Positions 9,867-21,118 of a stretch of 64,000 bases of DNA are shown piece by piece; within the stretch, counting starts at the first letter, position 1; every line of letters begins with the position of its first letter. The stretch spans positions 4,064,001 to 4,128,000 of the forward strand of contig OZ245842.1 in assembly GCA_965228895.1 (NCBI GenBank). The letters are read 5' to 3'. The position numbers were made by a program, and so were the translations under genes. This DNA is from Alphaproteobacteria bacterium (GTDB lineage Bacteria; Pseudomonadota; Alphaproteobacteria; SP197). A model generated the notes under the pieces. The model saw only the letters and a program-made list of their open reading frames with translations. It did no database searches and had not been told where the DNA came from.

Positions 9867-10819
9867 CAGCCACCTCGTTGTTGTTGTGCACGTTGTGTTG
9901 CGGCCGCTTCGACATCGGCCAGGGTGAACTTCTGACTGCGGTTGCAGAATTGGCAAGTGACGTCGATGACGCCGTCATCAACGAGTTCGTCGAGTTCGCT
10001 TGCGGGCATTGACTGCAGCACCGCCATGGCGCGGTCGTCCGAACAGGTGCAGCCAAATCGCACGGCGCGGCGGTCATAGACCCTGACGCCGTCCTCGTGG
10101 AACAGGCGATAGAGCAGCGTGTTGGTGTCCAAGCCGGGATCGGTCAGTTCGTCGCCGGTCGCCGTCGACAGCAGAATGACGGCCTTGCGCCAGTCATCCT
10201 CGCGGTCGGCCGAAGTGATTGCAACATCGCCGGGTCCCAGTTCCGCCAAGCGCTGCATGGTGAGGGCGCCAGCCCGCCAACCTTCATCATGGCGCGCCAC
10301 GGCGAGCTTGATCGCGGAATCGACCTGATCCGACTGCTGGAAATAGAGGTGGGCGCTGTCGGCTAGTGTGGCACCGTCCAGGCTAACAATGCCTTGATAA
10401 AGCTCCATGTCGGCGCCCTGGTCCACCGTCAGGACCAGCACGCCCGAACCCAACAGATGGGGCACCGAATTGCTCGACTCGAGCCCGGCCTTTTCCACCT
10501 CGGCGATCCTCTCGCGGTCGAAGCTGGCATAGCCGCGCATGCGCCCGTCGCTCATGAAATCCACCGCCAACAGGCGGATCGGACCGTCACCCCGGGTCTC
10601 CGCGGTCATCCGACCGTCGAACTTGAGCCCGCTTCCCAGGGCAGCAGCCAGCGCCATCAACTCGCCCAGCATGACAGAAACCGGCTCGGGATAGGCGTGC
10701 TGGGTCAGCACGCGGTTGACCGACTCGCCCAGACGCACCAGACGACCGCTCAGTCCAAGATTAACGATCTGAAACGGCTGGATCAGATCGTCGGCAGGTG
10801 TGTTCAGGTCAAGCACCAT
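9866..10819 (-). CDS. hslO: Hsp33 redox-regulated chaperone
   Basis: YQGIV, YF-x-QSDQ and C-terminal zinc motif CTCS...CQFC. Confidence 0.95.
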   Translation of the reverse strand: MVLDLNTPADDLIQPFQIVNLGLSGRLVRLGESVNRVLTQHAYPEPVSVMLGELMALAAALGSGLKFDGRMTAETRGDGPIRLLAVDFMSDGRMRGYASFDRERIAEVEKAGLESSNSVPHLLGSGVLVLTVDQGADMELYQGIVSLDGATLADSAHLYFQQSDQVDSAIKLAVARHDEGWRAGALTMQRLAELGPGDVAITSADREDDWRKAVILLSTATGDELTDPGLDTNTLLYRLFHEDGVRVYDRRAVRFGCTCSDDRAMAVLQSMPASELDELVDDGVIDVTCQFCNRSQKFTLADVEAAATQRAQQQRGG

Positions 10820-11724
10820 TTCAGAATGGCCTTCTGCGCGTGCAGTCGGTTCTCGGCCTCATCAAAAATCACCGATTGCGGCCCGTCAGCCACCTCGCTG
10901 GTGACCTCGTTGCCTCGATAAACCGGCATGCAGTGCAGGAATATGGCATCCTTGTCGGCCATTGCCATGGTCTGCCCGTCGATACGAAACGGTTCGAGCA
11001 AATTGGTATCGATGGGGGCGGCCTCGGCGCGTTCGTCGCTCATGGATTTCCAGGTATCGGTGACCACGCAGTCCGCGCCGGTTACGGCCTCCTCGACCGT
11101 ATCGACGATGTGCACGTCGCCCTGGTGTTGTTCGGCCCACGCCAGGACGTCGCTCGCCGGACGGTACTTTTCCGGACAGGCGATGTTGAGCCGAAAGCTG
11201 AAACGCACGGCCGCATGGATCCATGACGACGCCATGTTGTTGCCGTCGCCGGCCCAGGCGATGGTCTTACCGGCGATCGGGCCGCGATGTTCCTCAACCG
11301 TTTGGATATCGGCCATGAGCTGGCAGGGATGGGTCCGGTCGGTCAGGCCGTTGATGATCGGCACCGTGCCGGCGTCGGCCAGATCCAACAGCCGCTGATG
11401 GCTTACGGTCCTGATCATGATCGCGTCGACATAGCGCGACAAGACGCCCGCCGTATCCGCAACGGTTTCGCCCCGGCCAAGCTGCATGTCGGCCGGCGAC
11501 AGGTTGATCACCTCGCCGCCCAACTGGCGCATGCCCAGGTCGAACGATACGCGGGTACGCGTCGACGGCTTCTCGAAGATGGTCGCCAGCACCCGGTGTT
11601 TCAGGATCGGCTCGCGGTCGCCGCGCTTCCATGCGGCCTTCAGCGCGTGCGCGTCATCCATGATGGCGCGCAAGGTCGCCGCATCCAGCGCGTCGAGATC
11701 CAGAAAGTGCTTGGGCGCGGTCAT
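10804..11724 (-). CDS. argF: Ornithine carbamoyltransferase
   Basis: [34 protein letters not shown]. Confidence 0.96.
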   Translation of the reverse strand: MTAPKHFLDLDALDAATLRAIMDDAHALKAAWKRGDREPILKHRVLATIFEKPSTRTRVSFDLGMRQLGGEVINLSPADMQLGRGETVADTAGVLSRYVDAIMIRTVSHQRLLDLADAGTVPIINGLTDRTHPCQLMADIQTVEEHRGPIAGKTIAWAGDGNNMASSWIHAAVRFSFRLNIACPEKYRPASDVLAWAEQHQGDVHIVDTVEEAVTGADCVVTDTWKSMSDERAEAAPIDTNLLEPFRIDGQTMAMADKDAIFLHCMPVYRGNEVTSEVADGPQSVIFDEAENRLHAQKAILKWCLT

Positions 11725-12893
11725 GGCTTAAGCGCGACGCACGCGTCCTCCAGCGCCGTGATCGCCTCGTCGATATGGCTGTCCTCGATCACCAGCGGCG
11801 GCAGAAACCGCATAACGTTGTCGCCCGCCGGTACGGCCAGCACATGGCGATCGCGCATGGCGGCCACCAGATCGCCCGCCGGCACCACGGCCTTGATGCC
11901 GAGCATCATGCCGAGGCCCCGGACCTCTTCCAGCACATCGGGATGCTTGGCGATGGTCTCTTCCAGGCGCTTGCGCAGGGTCTTGGCGCGTTGCTCGACG
12001 CCCGCCATGAAGCCGGGCGCTTCCATGACATCCAGCACCGCGTTGCCGACCGCGGTCGCCAGCGGATTGCCGCCGAATGTCGAACCATGGGTGCCCGGCA
12101 CCATGCCGGATGCGGCCTTCTCGGTCGCCAGGCAGGCACCGATCGGCATGCCGCCGCCAAGCGCCTTGGCGACCGCCATGATATCGGGCGCCACGCCCGA
12201 CCATTCGTAGGCGAAGAGCTTGCCCGTGCGTCCCATGCCACACTGGATCTCGTCATAGATGACCAGCAGGCCGAACTCGTCGGCCGCCGCGCGGATCGCC
12301 TTCAGGAACTCAGGATCGACCGGATAGATACCGCCCTCGCCCAGCACCGGCTCGATGATGATGGCCGCCGTCTCGCCCGTGATCGCCGCGCGCAGAGCGT
12401 TCGAGTCATGCAGCGGCACCTGATCGAAACCGTCGGCCGCCGGGCCGAAGCCTTCCAGGTGTTTGGCCTGACCGCCGGCCGCGATGGTGGCGAGCGTGCG
12501 GCCATGGAAGGCGCCGGTGAACGTGATGGTGCGGAAGCGCTCCGGCTGACCGTTGGCGAAGTGGTAACGGCGCGCGGTCTTCAGCGCGCACTCGATCGCC
12601 TCGGCGCCGGAATTGCCGAAGAAGACAGTGTCCGCGAAGCTGTCGGCGACCAGGCGCTCGGCCAGGCGTTCCTGGCCCTCAATTCGGTAGAGGTTCGACG
12701 TGTGCCACAGGCGCTCGGCCTGCCCCTTCAGCGCCTCGACCAGATGCGGATGGGCGTGACCCAGGCTGGTCACGGCAATGCCGCAGCCGAAATCGAGATA
12801 GCGCTCGCCATCGGCGGTATAGAGGTAGGGTCCTTCGCCCCGCTCGAAAACCAGGTCGGCGCGGGCGTATGTCGGCATCACGGATGCGGTCAC
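11721..12893 (-). CDS. argD: Acetylornithine aminotransferase
   Basis: [29 protein letters not shown] (PLP lysine), [18 protein letters not shown] upstream of GTG. Confidence 0.95.
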   Translation of the reverse strand: MTASVMPTYARADLVFERGEGPYLYTADGERYLDFGCGIAVTSLGHAHPHLVEALKGQAERLWHTSNLYRIEGQERLAERLVADSFADTVFFGNSGAEAIECALKTARRYHFANGQPERFRTITFTGAFHGRTLATIAAGGQAKHLEGFGPAADGFDQVPLHDSNALRAAITGETAAIIIEPVLGEGGIYPVDPEFLKAIRAAADEFGLLVIYDEIQCGMGRTGKLFAYEWSGVAPDIMAVAKALGGGMPIGACLATEKAASGMVPGTHGSTFGGNPLATAVGNAVLDVMEAPGFMAGVEQRAKTLRKRLEETIAKHPDVLEEVRGLGMMLGIKAVVPAGDLVAAMRDRHVLAVPAGDNVMRFLPPLVIEDSHIDEAITALEDACVALKP

Positions 12894-12933
12894 CGCAGCC
12901 TCTCCTTCATCGTTCAGCTATGGAAAAAGTGAC

Positions 12934-12960
12934 AAAACCCGGCGGATTTCCGCCGCCGGG
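12934..12960 (-). terminator. Intrinsic-terminator-like hairpin upstream of argD
   Basis: Minus strand CCCGGCGG-CGGAAAT-CCGCCGGG followed by TTTTGTCACTTTTT. Confidence 0.6.
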
Positions 12961-12967
12961 GCCTTGG

Positions 12968-12996
12968 CTAGTATCGCGCCCACAGGGGCCTGTCAA
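12968..12996 (-). promoter_or_regulatory. Sigma70-type promoter of argD-argF-hslO
   Basis: Minus strand TTGACA (12991-12996), 17-nt spacer, TACTAG (12968-12973). Confidence 0.6.
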
Positions 12997-13026
12997 TTGG
13001 CGGAGGCGGGCCTTTGGCGGCTTCCG

Positions 13027-13845
13027 TCACGACTTCAGGCGCCAGCCGGTGGCCAGCAGGCGATAACTGACCAGCGCCAAGACCAGATTGGTGCCGATCA
13101 GGACCAGGGCGCCGGTCAGAAGCGGGGCGTCGGCGCGGTCGATGAAACCGTAGCGAAAGCCGTCGATAGCATAAAAGAAGGGATTGGCGGCGGCGACCGC
13201 GCGCAACGCCTCCGGCAGGCGGTCGATGGAGTAGAACGTGCCCGACAGGAAGGTCAGCGGCGTTACGACGAAGTTTGTCAGGGCCGCGATCTGATCGAAC
13301 TTCTCGGCCCAGATACCGACCAAAAGGCCAATCAGCCCCATCATCATCGAGCCTGCGACGCCATAGAACAGCACCGCCCACAGATGGACCGGCATGACGT
13401 TGACGAAAAACTGCATGGCGACAAGCGTCACCAGGCCGACCACCAAGCCGCGCGTCACCGCGCCCAGGCCGAAGCCGACCAATAGCTCAAAGGCCGACAA
13501 GGGCGGCATCAGCGTATCGATGATGTTGCCCTGGACCTTGGCGATGATCAGCGACGACGACGCGTTGGCGAACGCGTTCTGCAGGATCGCCATCATGACG
13601 AGACCCGGCGCCAGGAAGAGCAGGAAGGGGATACCGTCCTTAGGCTCGACGGCGCGGTCCAGCGCCAGCGAGAAGATGGCCAGGAACAGCATACTGGTCA
13701 CCACAGGCGCCAGCAGCGTCTGGCCCGGCACTTTCATAAAGCGTCGGACCTCACGCAGGTAAAGCGTAAGTAGCCCTAGGGCAGATCGTGATTTGATGGA
13801 GTCGCTACGCGACTCCATCAAATCGGGTGAATCTGCCCTACTCAT
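13027..13845 (-). CDS. ABC-2 type transporter permease (YadH-like); N-terminus now encoded by an inserted palindromic element
   Basis: LYLREVRRF, FLAPGL-x-MM, QNAFANASSS, PLTFLSGTFY, NPFFYAIDGFRYGF. The first ~22 codons lie within the hairpin insertion. Confidence 0.9.
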   Translation of the reverse strand: MSRADSPDLMESRSDSIKSRSALGLLTLYLREVRRFMKVPGQTLLAPVVTSMLFLAIFSLALDRAVEPKDGIPFLLFLAPGLVMMAILQNAFANASSSLIIAKVQGNIIDTLMPPLSAFELLVGFGLGAVTRGLVVGLVTLVAMQFFVNVMPVHLWAVLFYGVAGSMMMGLIGLLVGIWAEKFDQIAALTNFVVTPLTFLSGTFYSIDRLPEALRAVAAANPFFYAIDGFRYGFIDRADAPLLTGALVLIGTNLVLALVSYRLLATGWRLKS

Positions 13846-13915
13846 CGATCGAGAGCGGATTCACATGGTTAAGTGGAACCGTTGATCGGTTCCACTTAAC
13901 CATGATCCGCTCTAG
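13776..13915. mobile_element. Miniature non-autonomous element: two inverted 65-nt hairpin units, flanked by direct repeat TAGCCCT
   Basis: Unit A (13776-13840) and unit B (13851-13915) align ungapped in opposite orientation (41/65 identical) with 8 compensatory base-pair changes. TAGCCCT occurs at 13771-13777 and 13913-13919. Confidence 0.75.
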
Positions 13916-13957
13916 CCCTCTAACGGTCTGGGCAGCTTGGTGGTCTGCCTGATGCAT
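13838..13957 (-). CDS. Orphaned original N-terminus of the ABC permease (39-aa peptide ending inside the insertion)
   Basis: ATG 13957 with AGGGA SD-like sequence upstream. MHQADHQAAQTVRGL joins in frame to LTLYLREVRRF if the 142-bp insertion is removed. Confidence 0.55.
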   Translation of the reverse strand: MHQADHQAAQTVRGLERIMVKWNRSTVPLNHVNPLSIDE

Positions 13958-14050
13958 CGTGGTTATCCCTGGGCCGCCTGCGCGCTTGCACAGGCCCGGC
14001 CGGCGGCCGCACCATAACGCCAACGGCCAAAGACCGGCAACCGGAGCACC

Positions 14051-15097
14051 ATGTCCCCTTTGCGTTTCGTTTTCGTGTGTGGCGCGCTGATGGTCGTCAT
14101 CGCCGGTTGCGCCCCCACCGTTGCCCCGCCGGGGCCGAAGATCGTCGAGCCGTCAATAGCCAGCGATACCCTGGTCATGGCAGACGGCAACGAACGCACC
14201 CTTCAAGCCTGGCTGCCGGACGGCGAGCCGCGCGCGGTGATTCTGGCGCTGCACGGCTTCAACGACTACGCCAACGCGTTCGCCGCGCCGGGCGCGGCAT
14301 GGGCGGCGCGCGGCATCGCAACGTTCGCCTATGACCAGCGCGGTTTTGGCCGCGACGCCGAACCGGGCATCTGGCACGGCGAAGCCATTATGATCGACGA
14401 TGCGCTTGCCGCGCTCTCGTTGCTGCGGCGCCGCTACCCCGGCACCCCCGTCTATCTTTTGGGCGAGAGCATGGGTGGCGCGGTGGCGACACTCACCGCC
14501 GCGCACAACCCGGCGCCACCCATCGACGGCCTGATCCTGGTCGCGCCCGCGGTTTGGGCGCGCAGCACCATGCCGGTCAGCTATCGTGTCGGCCTGTGGC
14601 TGGGCGCGCATCTGGCACCGTCGATGACATTGCGTGGCTCGAACCTGGAAATCTGGCCCTCCGACAACATCGAGATGCTGCGGGCGCTATCGGCCGATCC
14701 GCTGATCATCAAGGAAAGCCGGGTCGATGCGATCTACGGTCTGGTCAACCTGATGGACGCGGCGCTGCTCGGGCCGGGCGACATCGGTTTTCCGACGCTG
14801 GTGGTCTATGGCGCGAACGACCAGATCGTGCCGGCCGAGCCGGTCGGCCTGTTCGTCGCCGGCTTGCCGCCGGGCAACCGGGTCGCCGTCTACGAAGCCG
14901 GCTATCACATGCTGCTGCGTGACCTTGAGGCCCAGATCGTGCTCGACGATATCGCCGCCTGGGTCACGGCGCCCCACGCGCCCCTGCCGTCGGACGCGGA
15001 AGTCTTGGCGGCGACGTTTTTCATCGCACCGCCGGAACCACCGACCGCACCACGTTTCGTCATGGGGCCGCCCGACCCGCCACAACGCGGGTCTTAG
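14051..15097 (+). CDS. Alpha/beta hydrolase (lysophospholipase-like) lipoprotein
   Basis: Lipobox IAGC, LHGFNDY, DQRGFG, GESMGG nucleophile elbow, D...H catalytic residues, Pro-rich tail. Confidence 0.88.
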   Translation: MSPLRFVFVCGALMVVIAGCAPTVAPPGPKIVEPSIASDTLVMADGNERTLQAWLPDGEPRAVILALHGFNDYANAFAAPGAAWAARGIATFAYDQRGFGRDAEPGIWHGEAIMIDDALAALSLLRRRYPGTPVYLLGESMGGAVATLTAAHNPAPPIDGLILVAPAVWARSTMPVSYRVGLWLGAHLAPSMTLRGSNLEIWPSDNIEMLRALSADPLIIKESRVDAIYGLVNLMDAALLGPGDIGFPTLVVYGANDQIVPAEPVGLFVAGLPPGNRVAVYEAGYHMLLRDLEAQIVLDDIAAWVTAPHAPLPSDAEVLAATFFIAPPEPPTAPRFVMGPPDPPQRGS

Positions 15098-15175
15098 AGA
15101 ACGGGCGTCGGGATTGTTTCAAACCGTGCGGAAACTCCTTTAGGATCGCGCCAACCACGCCGTAGCGGGAGCCCC

Positions 15176-18100
15176 ATGAGCGTTGCGCCTGAAGCCGGTC
15201 GCTGGCAATTCTGGATCGACCGGGGCGGCACGTTCACCGACGTTGTCGCCCAACGTCCGGACGGCGACCTGATCACCCACAAACTGCTGTCGGAGAACCC
15301 GGAGCGTTATGCCGACGCGGCCCTGCAGGGTATTCGCGACATCCTGGGTATCGACACCGGCGCTGTGATCCCGACAGACGCCATCGACGCGGTCAAGATG
15401 GGCACGACCGTCGCGACCAACGCGCTTCTGGAACGCAAGGGCGACCGGACCTTGCTTGCCATCAGCCGTGGCTTCCACGACGCCCTGCGCATCGCCTATC
15501 AAAACCGGCCCGACATCTTTGCGCGCCATATCATCCTCCCCGATTTGCTTTACGAGCGCGTGGTCGAGGTCGACGAACGGATCGACGCCCACGGCGACGT
15601 GGTCACGTCACTGGACCGTGATGCCGCGCGGTCCAGCCTGCAGCAGGCCTATGACGACGGCATTCGTGCCATCGCCATCGTCCTGATGCACGGCTATCGG
15701 CATGCCGCACACGAGAGAGAAGTGGCCGAGATCGCGCGCGACATCGGCTTCACGCAGATCTCGACATCGCACGCGACGACACCGCTGATGAAACTGGTGA
15801 GCCGCGGCGACACGACCGTGGTCGACGCCTATCTCTCGCCCATCCTGCGCCGCTATATCGACCGGGTGTCGTCGGAGCTGGGCGATACCCGCCTGCTCTT
15901 CATGCAGTCCAATGGCGGCCTGGTCGATGCCTTCCGCTTCCAGGGCAAGGACGCCATCCTGTCAGGGCCCGCGGGCGGTGTCGTTGGTGCGGTCAGAACC
16001 AGCGAAATGGCGGGGTTCGAGCGCATTATCGGCTTCGACATGGGCGGCACATCGACCGACGTCTCCCACTACAACGGCGTCTTCGAGCGCACCAGCGACA
16101 CCGAGATCGGCGGTGTTCGCATGCGCGCGCCGATGATGATGATCAAGACGGTCGCGGCCGGCGGCGGCTCGATCCTCTATTTCGACGGCCAGCGGCTGCG
16201 TGTCGGCCCCCAATCGGCCGGCGCCGATCCCGGCCCGGCGTGTTACCGGCGCGGCGGTCCGCTGGCAATCACCGACGCCAACGTGATGACCGGCAAGATC
16301 CTGCCCGACCTCTTCCCGAACGTTTTCGGGCCAGAAGGCGACCGGCCGCTCGATGCCGAGGCGGTCACAAATGCCTTCGAGACGCTGACCGCCGAGATCA
16401 ACGCCGCGTCGTCCGACACCAAGACACCGCAGGAGGTCGCCGACGGTTTTCTGATGATCGCGGTCGAGAACATGGCGCGCGCCATCAAGGAAATCTCGGT
16501 GCAGCGCGGTTACGCGATCTCTGACTACGCGCTCTGCTGTTTTGGCGGTGCCGCAGGGCAACACGCCTGCCTGGTCGCCGACGCGCTCGGCATGACGACG
16601 GTCTTCCTGCATCCTTTCGCAGGCGTTCTGTCGGCCTATGGCATGGGCCTGGCCGAACTGCGCGTCATCCATCAGGCGCCGGTCAACGACGGCCTGGACG
16701 ACGCCGTGATGCCCCATCTGGCCGAAACCATCGGCAAGCTGGAGCAGCAGGGCCGGGACGAACTGGAAAGCCAAGGCGTCGATCCCGCCGACATCACCGT
16801 CGCCGCGACGTTGCAAGTCCGTTATGACGGCACCGACAGCACGCTCGAGATCAACTATGGCGACCTAGCGACCATCAAGGAAGGCTTCGAAACGGCGCAT
16901 CGCCTGCGTTACGGTTTCGCAGCGCCCGACAAACCGCTCATCGTCGAGTCCCTTGCTGTCGAGACGATCGGCCAGGGCTCTGATGTGCGCGAGACGGTGG
17001 CGCCCAGCGCCGCGGGCGATCAGGCTGAAGCCGCGCAGCGTACGTCGATGTTCACGGCGGGCGCCGCCCACGACACCCCGGTCTTCCGGCGCGACGACCT
17101 GAAGCCCGGCCACCGCATCGCCGGTCCCGCCATCGTCGCGGAGGCCAACAGCACCACGGTGGTCGAGCCGGGCTGGACGCTTGAGGTGACAGACCACGAT
17201 CATCTTGTGATCAACCGAACGGAAGCGCGACCGGTCCAACATGCGATCGGCACCGAGGCCGACCCGATCATGTTGGAGGTTTTCAACAACCTCTTCATGT
17301 CGATCGCCGAACAGATGGGCCGGACGCTGGAGAACACCGCGTTCTCCGTCAACATGAAGGAACGGCTCGACTTTTCCTGCGCCATCTTCGACGGCGACGG
17401 CGAACTGATCGCCAACGCGCCGCACATGCCGGTGCATCTGGGTTCCATGGGCGAGACGGTGCGCGCGATCAACGCGTCACGGCGTGGCATCATGAAACCG
17501 GGCGACGTTTACGCCCACAACGCGCCCTATAACGGCGGCACCCACCTGCCCGATGTCACGATCGTGACGCCGGTGTTCGACGATGACGGGACGACCTTGC
17601 TGTTCTTCGTCGCCTCGCGCGGCCACCACGCGGACATCGGCGGCCTGACGCCAGGCTCCATGCCGCCCAACAGCCACACTGTCGAGGAAGAAGGCATTCT
17701 GTTCGACGATGTGGAGATCGTCGCCGAGGGACGCTTCCTGGAAGACGAGATCCGCCAGTTGCTGGGTTCCGGCCCCTACCCCTCCCGAAACGCCGATCAA
17801 AACATCGCCGACCTGAAAGCCCAGATCGCGTCGTGCGAAAAGGGCGTCCAGGAGCTCCATCGCATGGTCGCGCAGTTCTCATTGCCCGTGGTCCAGGCCT
17901 ATATGGGACACGTCCAGGACAACGCGGAGGAATCCGTCAGGCGCGTGATCGATGTCCTCAAGGACGGTCACTTCCGCTATCAGCTCGATAACGGCAGCGC
18001 GATCGAAGTGACGATCACGATCGACAGCCAGGCGCGCCGCGCACGTATCGACTTCGCGGGCACCTCGCCGCAACTGACCAGCAACTTCAATGCGCCCAGC

Positions 18101-18787
18101 GCGGTCGCCATGGCGGCCGTGCTCTATGTCTTCCGCAGCCTGGTCGATGACGACATACCGCTCAACGCCGGCTGTCTGAAGCCGATCGATATCGTGATCC
18201 CGCCGCATTCCATGCTGTCACCGGAGTATCCGGCGGCCGTCGTCGCCGGCAATGTCGAGACGTCGCAATGCATTGTCGACACGCTCTATGGCGCGCTCGG
18301 CGCCATGGCGGGGTCTCAGGGCACCATGAACAACCTGACCTTCGGCAACGCGCGCTACCAATACTACGAGACGATCTGCGGCGGGTCGGGCGCAGGCCCG
18401 GACTTCGACGGCACCGATGCCGTCCATACGCACATGACGAACTCCCGACTGACCGATCCGGAAGTGCTGGAATGGCGATTCCCCGTCCTGTTGGACGACT
18501 TCGCCATACGCCACGGCAGCGGCGGCGCCGGCGCGCACAAGGGCGGCGACGGCGTCAGACGGCGGCTGATCTTCCGCGAGGCCATGACGGCAGCGATCTT
18601 GTCGAACCACCGCCGCATCGCGCCGTTCGGCTTTGCCGGCGGGACCGACGCGTCAACCGGCCTCAATCGGGTCGAACGGGCCGACGGCAGTGTCGAACCG
18701 TTGGATGGCGCCGATCAGGCGGAGTTGGAACCTGGCGACGCGCTGGTGATCGAAACGCCCGGCGGCGGCGGTTACGGGGCGCCATGA
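15176..18787 (+). CDS. 5-oxoprolinase / hydantoinase A-B fusion
   Basis: [71 protein letters not shown]. Confidence 0.93.
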   Translation: MSVAPEAGRWQFWIDRGGTFTDVVAQRPDGDLITHKLLSENPERYADAALQGIRDILGIDTGAVIPTDAIDAVKMGTTVATNALLERKGDRTLLAISRGFHDALRIAYQNRPDIFARHIILPDLLYERVVEVDERIDAHGDVVTSLDRDAARSSLQQAYDDGIRAIAIVLMHGYRHAAHEREVAEIARDIGFTQISTSHATTPLMKLVSRGDTTVVDAYLSPILRRYIDRVSSELGDTRLLFMQSNGGLVDAFRFQGKDAILSGPAGGVVGAVRTSEMAGFERIIGFDMGGTSTDVSHYNGVFERTSDTEIGGVRMRAPMMMIKTVAAGGGSILYFDGQRLRVGPQSAGADPGPACYRRGGPLAITDANVMTGKILPDLFPNVFGPEGDRPLDAEAVTNAFETLTAEINAASSDTKTPQEVADGFLMIAVENMARAIKEISVQRGYAISDYALCCFGGAAGQHACLVADALGMTTVFLHPFAGVLSAYGMGLAELRVIHQAPVNDGLDDAVMPHLAETIGKLEQQGRDELESQGVDPADITVAATLQVRYDGTDSTLEINYGDLATIKEGFETAHRLRYGFAAPDKPLIVESLAVETIGQGSDVRETVAPSAAGDQAEAAQRTSMFTAGAAHDTPVFRRDDLKPGHRIAGPAIVAEANSTTVVEPGWTLEVTDHDHLVINRTEARPVQHAIGTEADPIMLEVFNNLFMSIAEQMGRTLENTAFSVNMKERLDFSCAIFDGDGELIANAPHMPVHLGSMGETVRAINASRRGIMKPGDVYAHNAPYNGGTHLPDVTIVTPVFDDDGTTLLFFVASRGHHADIGGLTPGSMPPNSHTVEEEGILFDDVEIVAEGRFLEDEIRQLLGSGPYPSRNADQNIADLKAQIASCEKGVQELHRMVAQFSLPVVQAYMGHVQDNAEESVRRVIDVLKDGHFRYQLDNGSAIEVTITIDSQARRARIDFAGTSPQLTSNFNAPSAVAMAAVLYVFRSLVDDDIPLNAGCLKPIDIVIPPHSMLSPEYPAAVVAGNVETSQCIVDTLYGALGAMAGSQGTMNNLTFGNARYQYYETICGGSGAGPDFDGTDAVHTHMTNSRLTDPEVLEWRFPVLLDDFAIRHGSGGAGAHKGGDGVRRRLIFREAMTAAILSNHRRIAPFGFAGGTDASTGLNRVERADGSVEPLDGADQAELEPGDALVIETPGGGGYGAP

Positions 18788-20055
18788 ACGACGCGCCATC
18801 GATCCGGAAAATCCTGATCGCGCTTGCGGCGCTGATCCTGGCAACCGCCATTTTGAACATCGCGAACGGCGCGATGTTCACGCTGATCGGCATCAGGCTC
18901 GCCAACGAGTTGTCGACCGGCTTGGTCGGTCTCATCACATCCGGCCACTTTATTGGCCTTTTGGCAGGCTCGATCACCGCCACCGGGATCATCGTACGGG
19001 TCGGCCACATCCGCGCCTTCACCGTGTTCGCTGCCGTCGCGGCGTGCGCCATCCTGTTGATGGGGCTTATCTTTTCGGTCCCCACCTGGTTCGTCTTCCG
19101 GTTCATCATCGGTTACTGCATGGCCGGACTCTTCATGGTGCTGGAGAGCTGGTTCAACGACCGGGCGACCAACGAGACCCGGGGACGCATTTTTGCGTCG
19201 TACCTGGTCGCGACATCCGGCGCCTTCGCCGTCGGACCGCTGTTGATCAACCTGGGCGACCCCATGAAGTACGCCCTGTTCGCCATGACGGCGATCTTGT
19301 TCAACATCTGCTTGCTGCCGATCGCCTTGACGCGTGAAGGCAATCCCACGATCGCCAAGGAAGGCCGGTTGTCGCTTAAGGAACTGATCGCGATATCGCC
19401 GCTTGGCGTGTTCGGCTGCTTCGCCGCGGGCCTGGCCAACAGCGCGGTCTACGGCCTGGGCGCGGTCTATGCCGACCTGATCGACCTTGAGCCTGCGGAA
19501 ATCTCGTTCATTTTCACTGCATTGATCGCCGGCGGCCTGGTCATGCAGTTGCCGATGGGCTGGCTGTCGGACCGTTTTGACCGGCGCACGGCGCTGATGA
19601 CGCTCACGGTGTCCGCCGTTGTTGCCGCCGGCCTTATCGTCGCATTTGGCGCTCATTCGTTCACGGCGCTGATCGTCCTGATCTTCATCTACGGCGGCGT
19701 GGCCGGTCCGATTTATGGCCTCTGCGTCGCCCAGACCAACGACTATGTCGATCGCGATCAGTTCGTCGCCGCCAGCAGCGGTTTGCTGATCGTCTATTCG
19801 ATCGGCGCCATTGCCGGTCCGAACATCGCGTCCTGGGTGATGGACTTGTTCGGCCCCTGGAGCCTGTGGCTCTATGTCGGCGTTGTCCTGCTTTGCCTCA
19901 GCGGTCTGGTCATGTATCGCAAGAAACGACGCGCGCCCCTGCCGGTCGAAGACCAGGGTGCCTATGTGCCGAGTGCGGTCGAATCACTGGCGACGGCCGA
20001 GATCGACCCGCGTGCCGCGCCGCCTCACCAACCGGCCAAAGACGGCGGAACGTGA
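18784..20055 (+). CDS. MFS transporter (YcaD-like)
   Basis: About 12 TM helices, [13 protein letters not shown]...[16 protein letters not shown] 18784 overlaps the oxoprolinase stop. Confidence 0.88.
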   Translation: MNDAPSIRKILIALAALILATAILNIANGAMFTLIGIRLANELSTGLVGLITSGHFIGLLAGSITATGIIVRVGHIRAFTVFAAVAACAILLMGLIFSVPTWFVFRFIIGYCMAGLFMVLESWFNDRATNETRGRIFASYLVATSGAFAVGPLLINLGDPMKYALFAMTAILFNICLLPIALTREGNPTIAKEGRLSLKELIAISPLGVFGCFAAGLANSAVYGLGAVYADLIDLEPAEISFIFTALIAGGLVMQLPMGWLSDRFDRRTALMTLTVSAVVAAGLIVAFGAHSFTALIVLIFIYGGVAGPIYGLCVAQTNDYVDRDQFVAASSGLLIVYSIGAIAGPNIASWVMDLFGPWSLWLYVGVVLLCLSGLVMYRKKRRAPLPVEDQGAYVPSAVESLATAEIDPRAAPPHQPAKDGGT

Positions 20056-20245
20056 AGGGAACGCCCCGCCAACTCCTTGATTCTTAACGACTTACGGTCC
20101 TGGTGTAAATTGGCAACACGGTGGCCGTTAGATCACGGTCACAGGTGGTTCAAGTGGACGTGAGGCGCCGGGCTATGCTATCCGACCATTCGTTCACCAA
20201 TGGATCTCCACTGGTGGCGTGGGATCGTGTGGCGCCTGAGGCGGC

Positions 20246-21118
20246 ATGAAGCGCGATCCTGAAAATCGAGCGTCCGTGGTTGTCAGGGCAGTTGTCTTGG
20301 GCTTTTCAGGTTTCGCGGCACGACTACTACGACTTGCGATCTCAACCGGCGGCGCTATCACGCTTGTTCTGGGGATGGCCGCTTGCGCGACGCCGCCGGA
20401 AGATCCGGTTGCGCGTCAGGCGTTTGAGGAAACCAACGATCCTCTGGAACCGCTGAACCGCTACATCTTCGACGTCAATCTTGCGATCGACGAGCTGGTC
20501 CTGACGCCGATTTCGACCATGTACGTCGAGGGTGTTCCGGAACCCTACCGCAACGGGGTCAGAAACTTTCTCCAGAACCTCAGCATGCCGATCACGATCC
20601 TGAACAGCGCGCTTCAAGGAGACGGAGAGAACACGGTCGATGCTTCGGTCTCGTTTTTCATCAACACGACTGCCGGTCTTGGTGGCATCTTCGATATACC
20701 CGGCAACTTCGATGAGGAACCGCGCCGCGAAGACTTTGGTCAGACACTTGCTGTCTGGGGCGCCGAACCCGGCCCCTATCTGGTTCTGCCTCTTATCGGC
20801 CCTTCGGATGTGCGCGATACGGTCGGCCTGGGCGTCGACATCGCCACCGACCCGACAACCTATGTCTTTTCGCCAGCCTTCAACTACGTGACGACCGGCG
20901 TGACCGCGGTTCAGTTCCGCGCCGATCAGCGGGTCGAATACGAGAATTTGAAGCGCACATCGGTTGACTTCTACGCGACGCTGCGTTCTCTCTACCGTCA
21001 GATTCGCCAGCAACAGATCAACAACGGCAATCTCGATACATCGACACTGGATTATGAACTGTCGGGCGTTGATGACTTCGATACCACTGACGATAGCGAC
21101 TCTGCGGAAGCACCGTGA
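20246..21118 (+). CDS. mlaA: VacJ/MlaA phospholipid transport lipoprotein
   Basis: Lipobox MAAC, NDPLEPLNR, INTTAGLGG, EDFGQTL, GPYLVLP-x-x-GPS-x-x-RD. Confidence 0.93.
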   Translation: MKRDPENRASVVVRAVVLGFSGFAARLLRLAISTGGAITLVLGMAACATPPEDPVARQAFEETNDPLEPLNRYIFDVNLAIDELVLTPISTMYVEGVPEPYRNGVRNFLQNLSMPITILNSALQGDGENTVDASVSFFINTTAGLGGIFDIPGNFDEEPRREDFGQTLAVWGAEPGPYLVLPLIGPSDVRDTVGLGVDIATDPTTYVFSPAFNYVTTGVTAVQFRADQRVEYENLKRTSVDFYATLRSLYRQIRQQQINNGNLDTSTLDYELSGVDDFDTTDDSDSAEAP

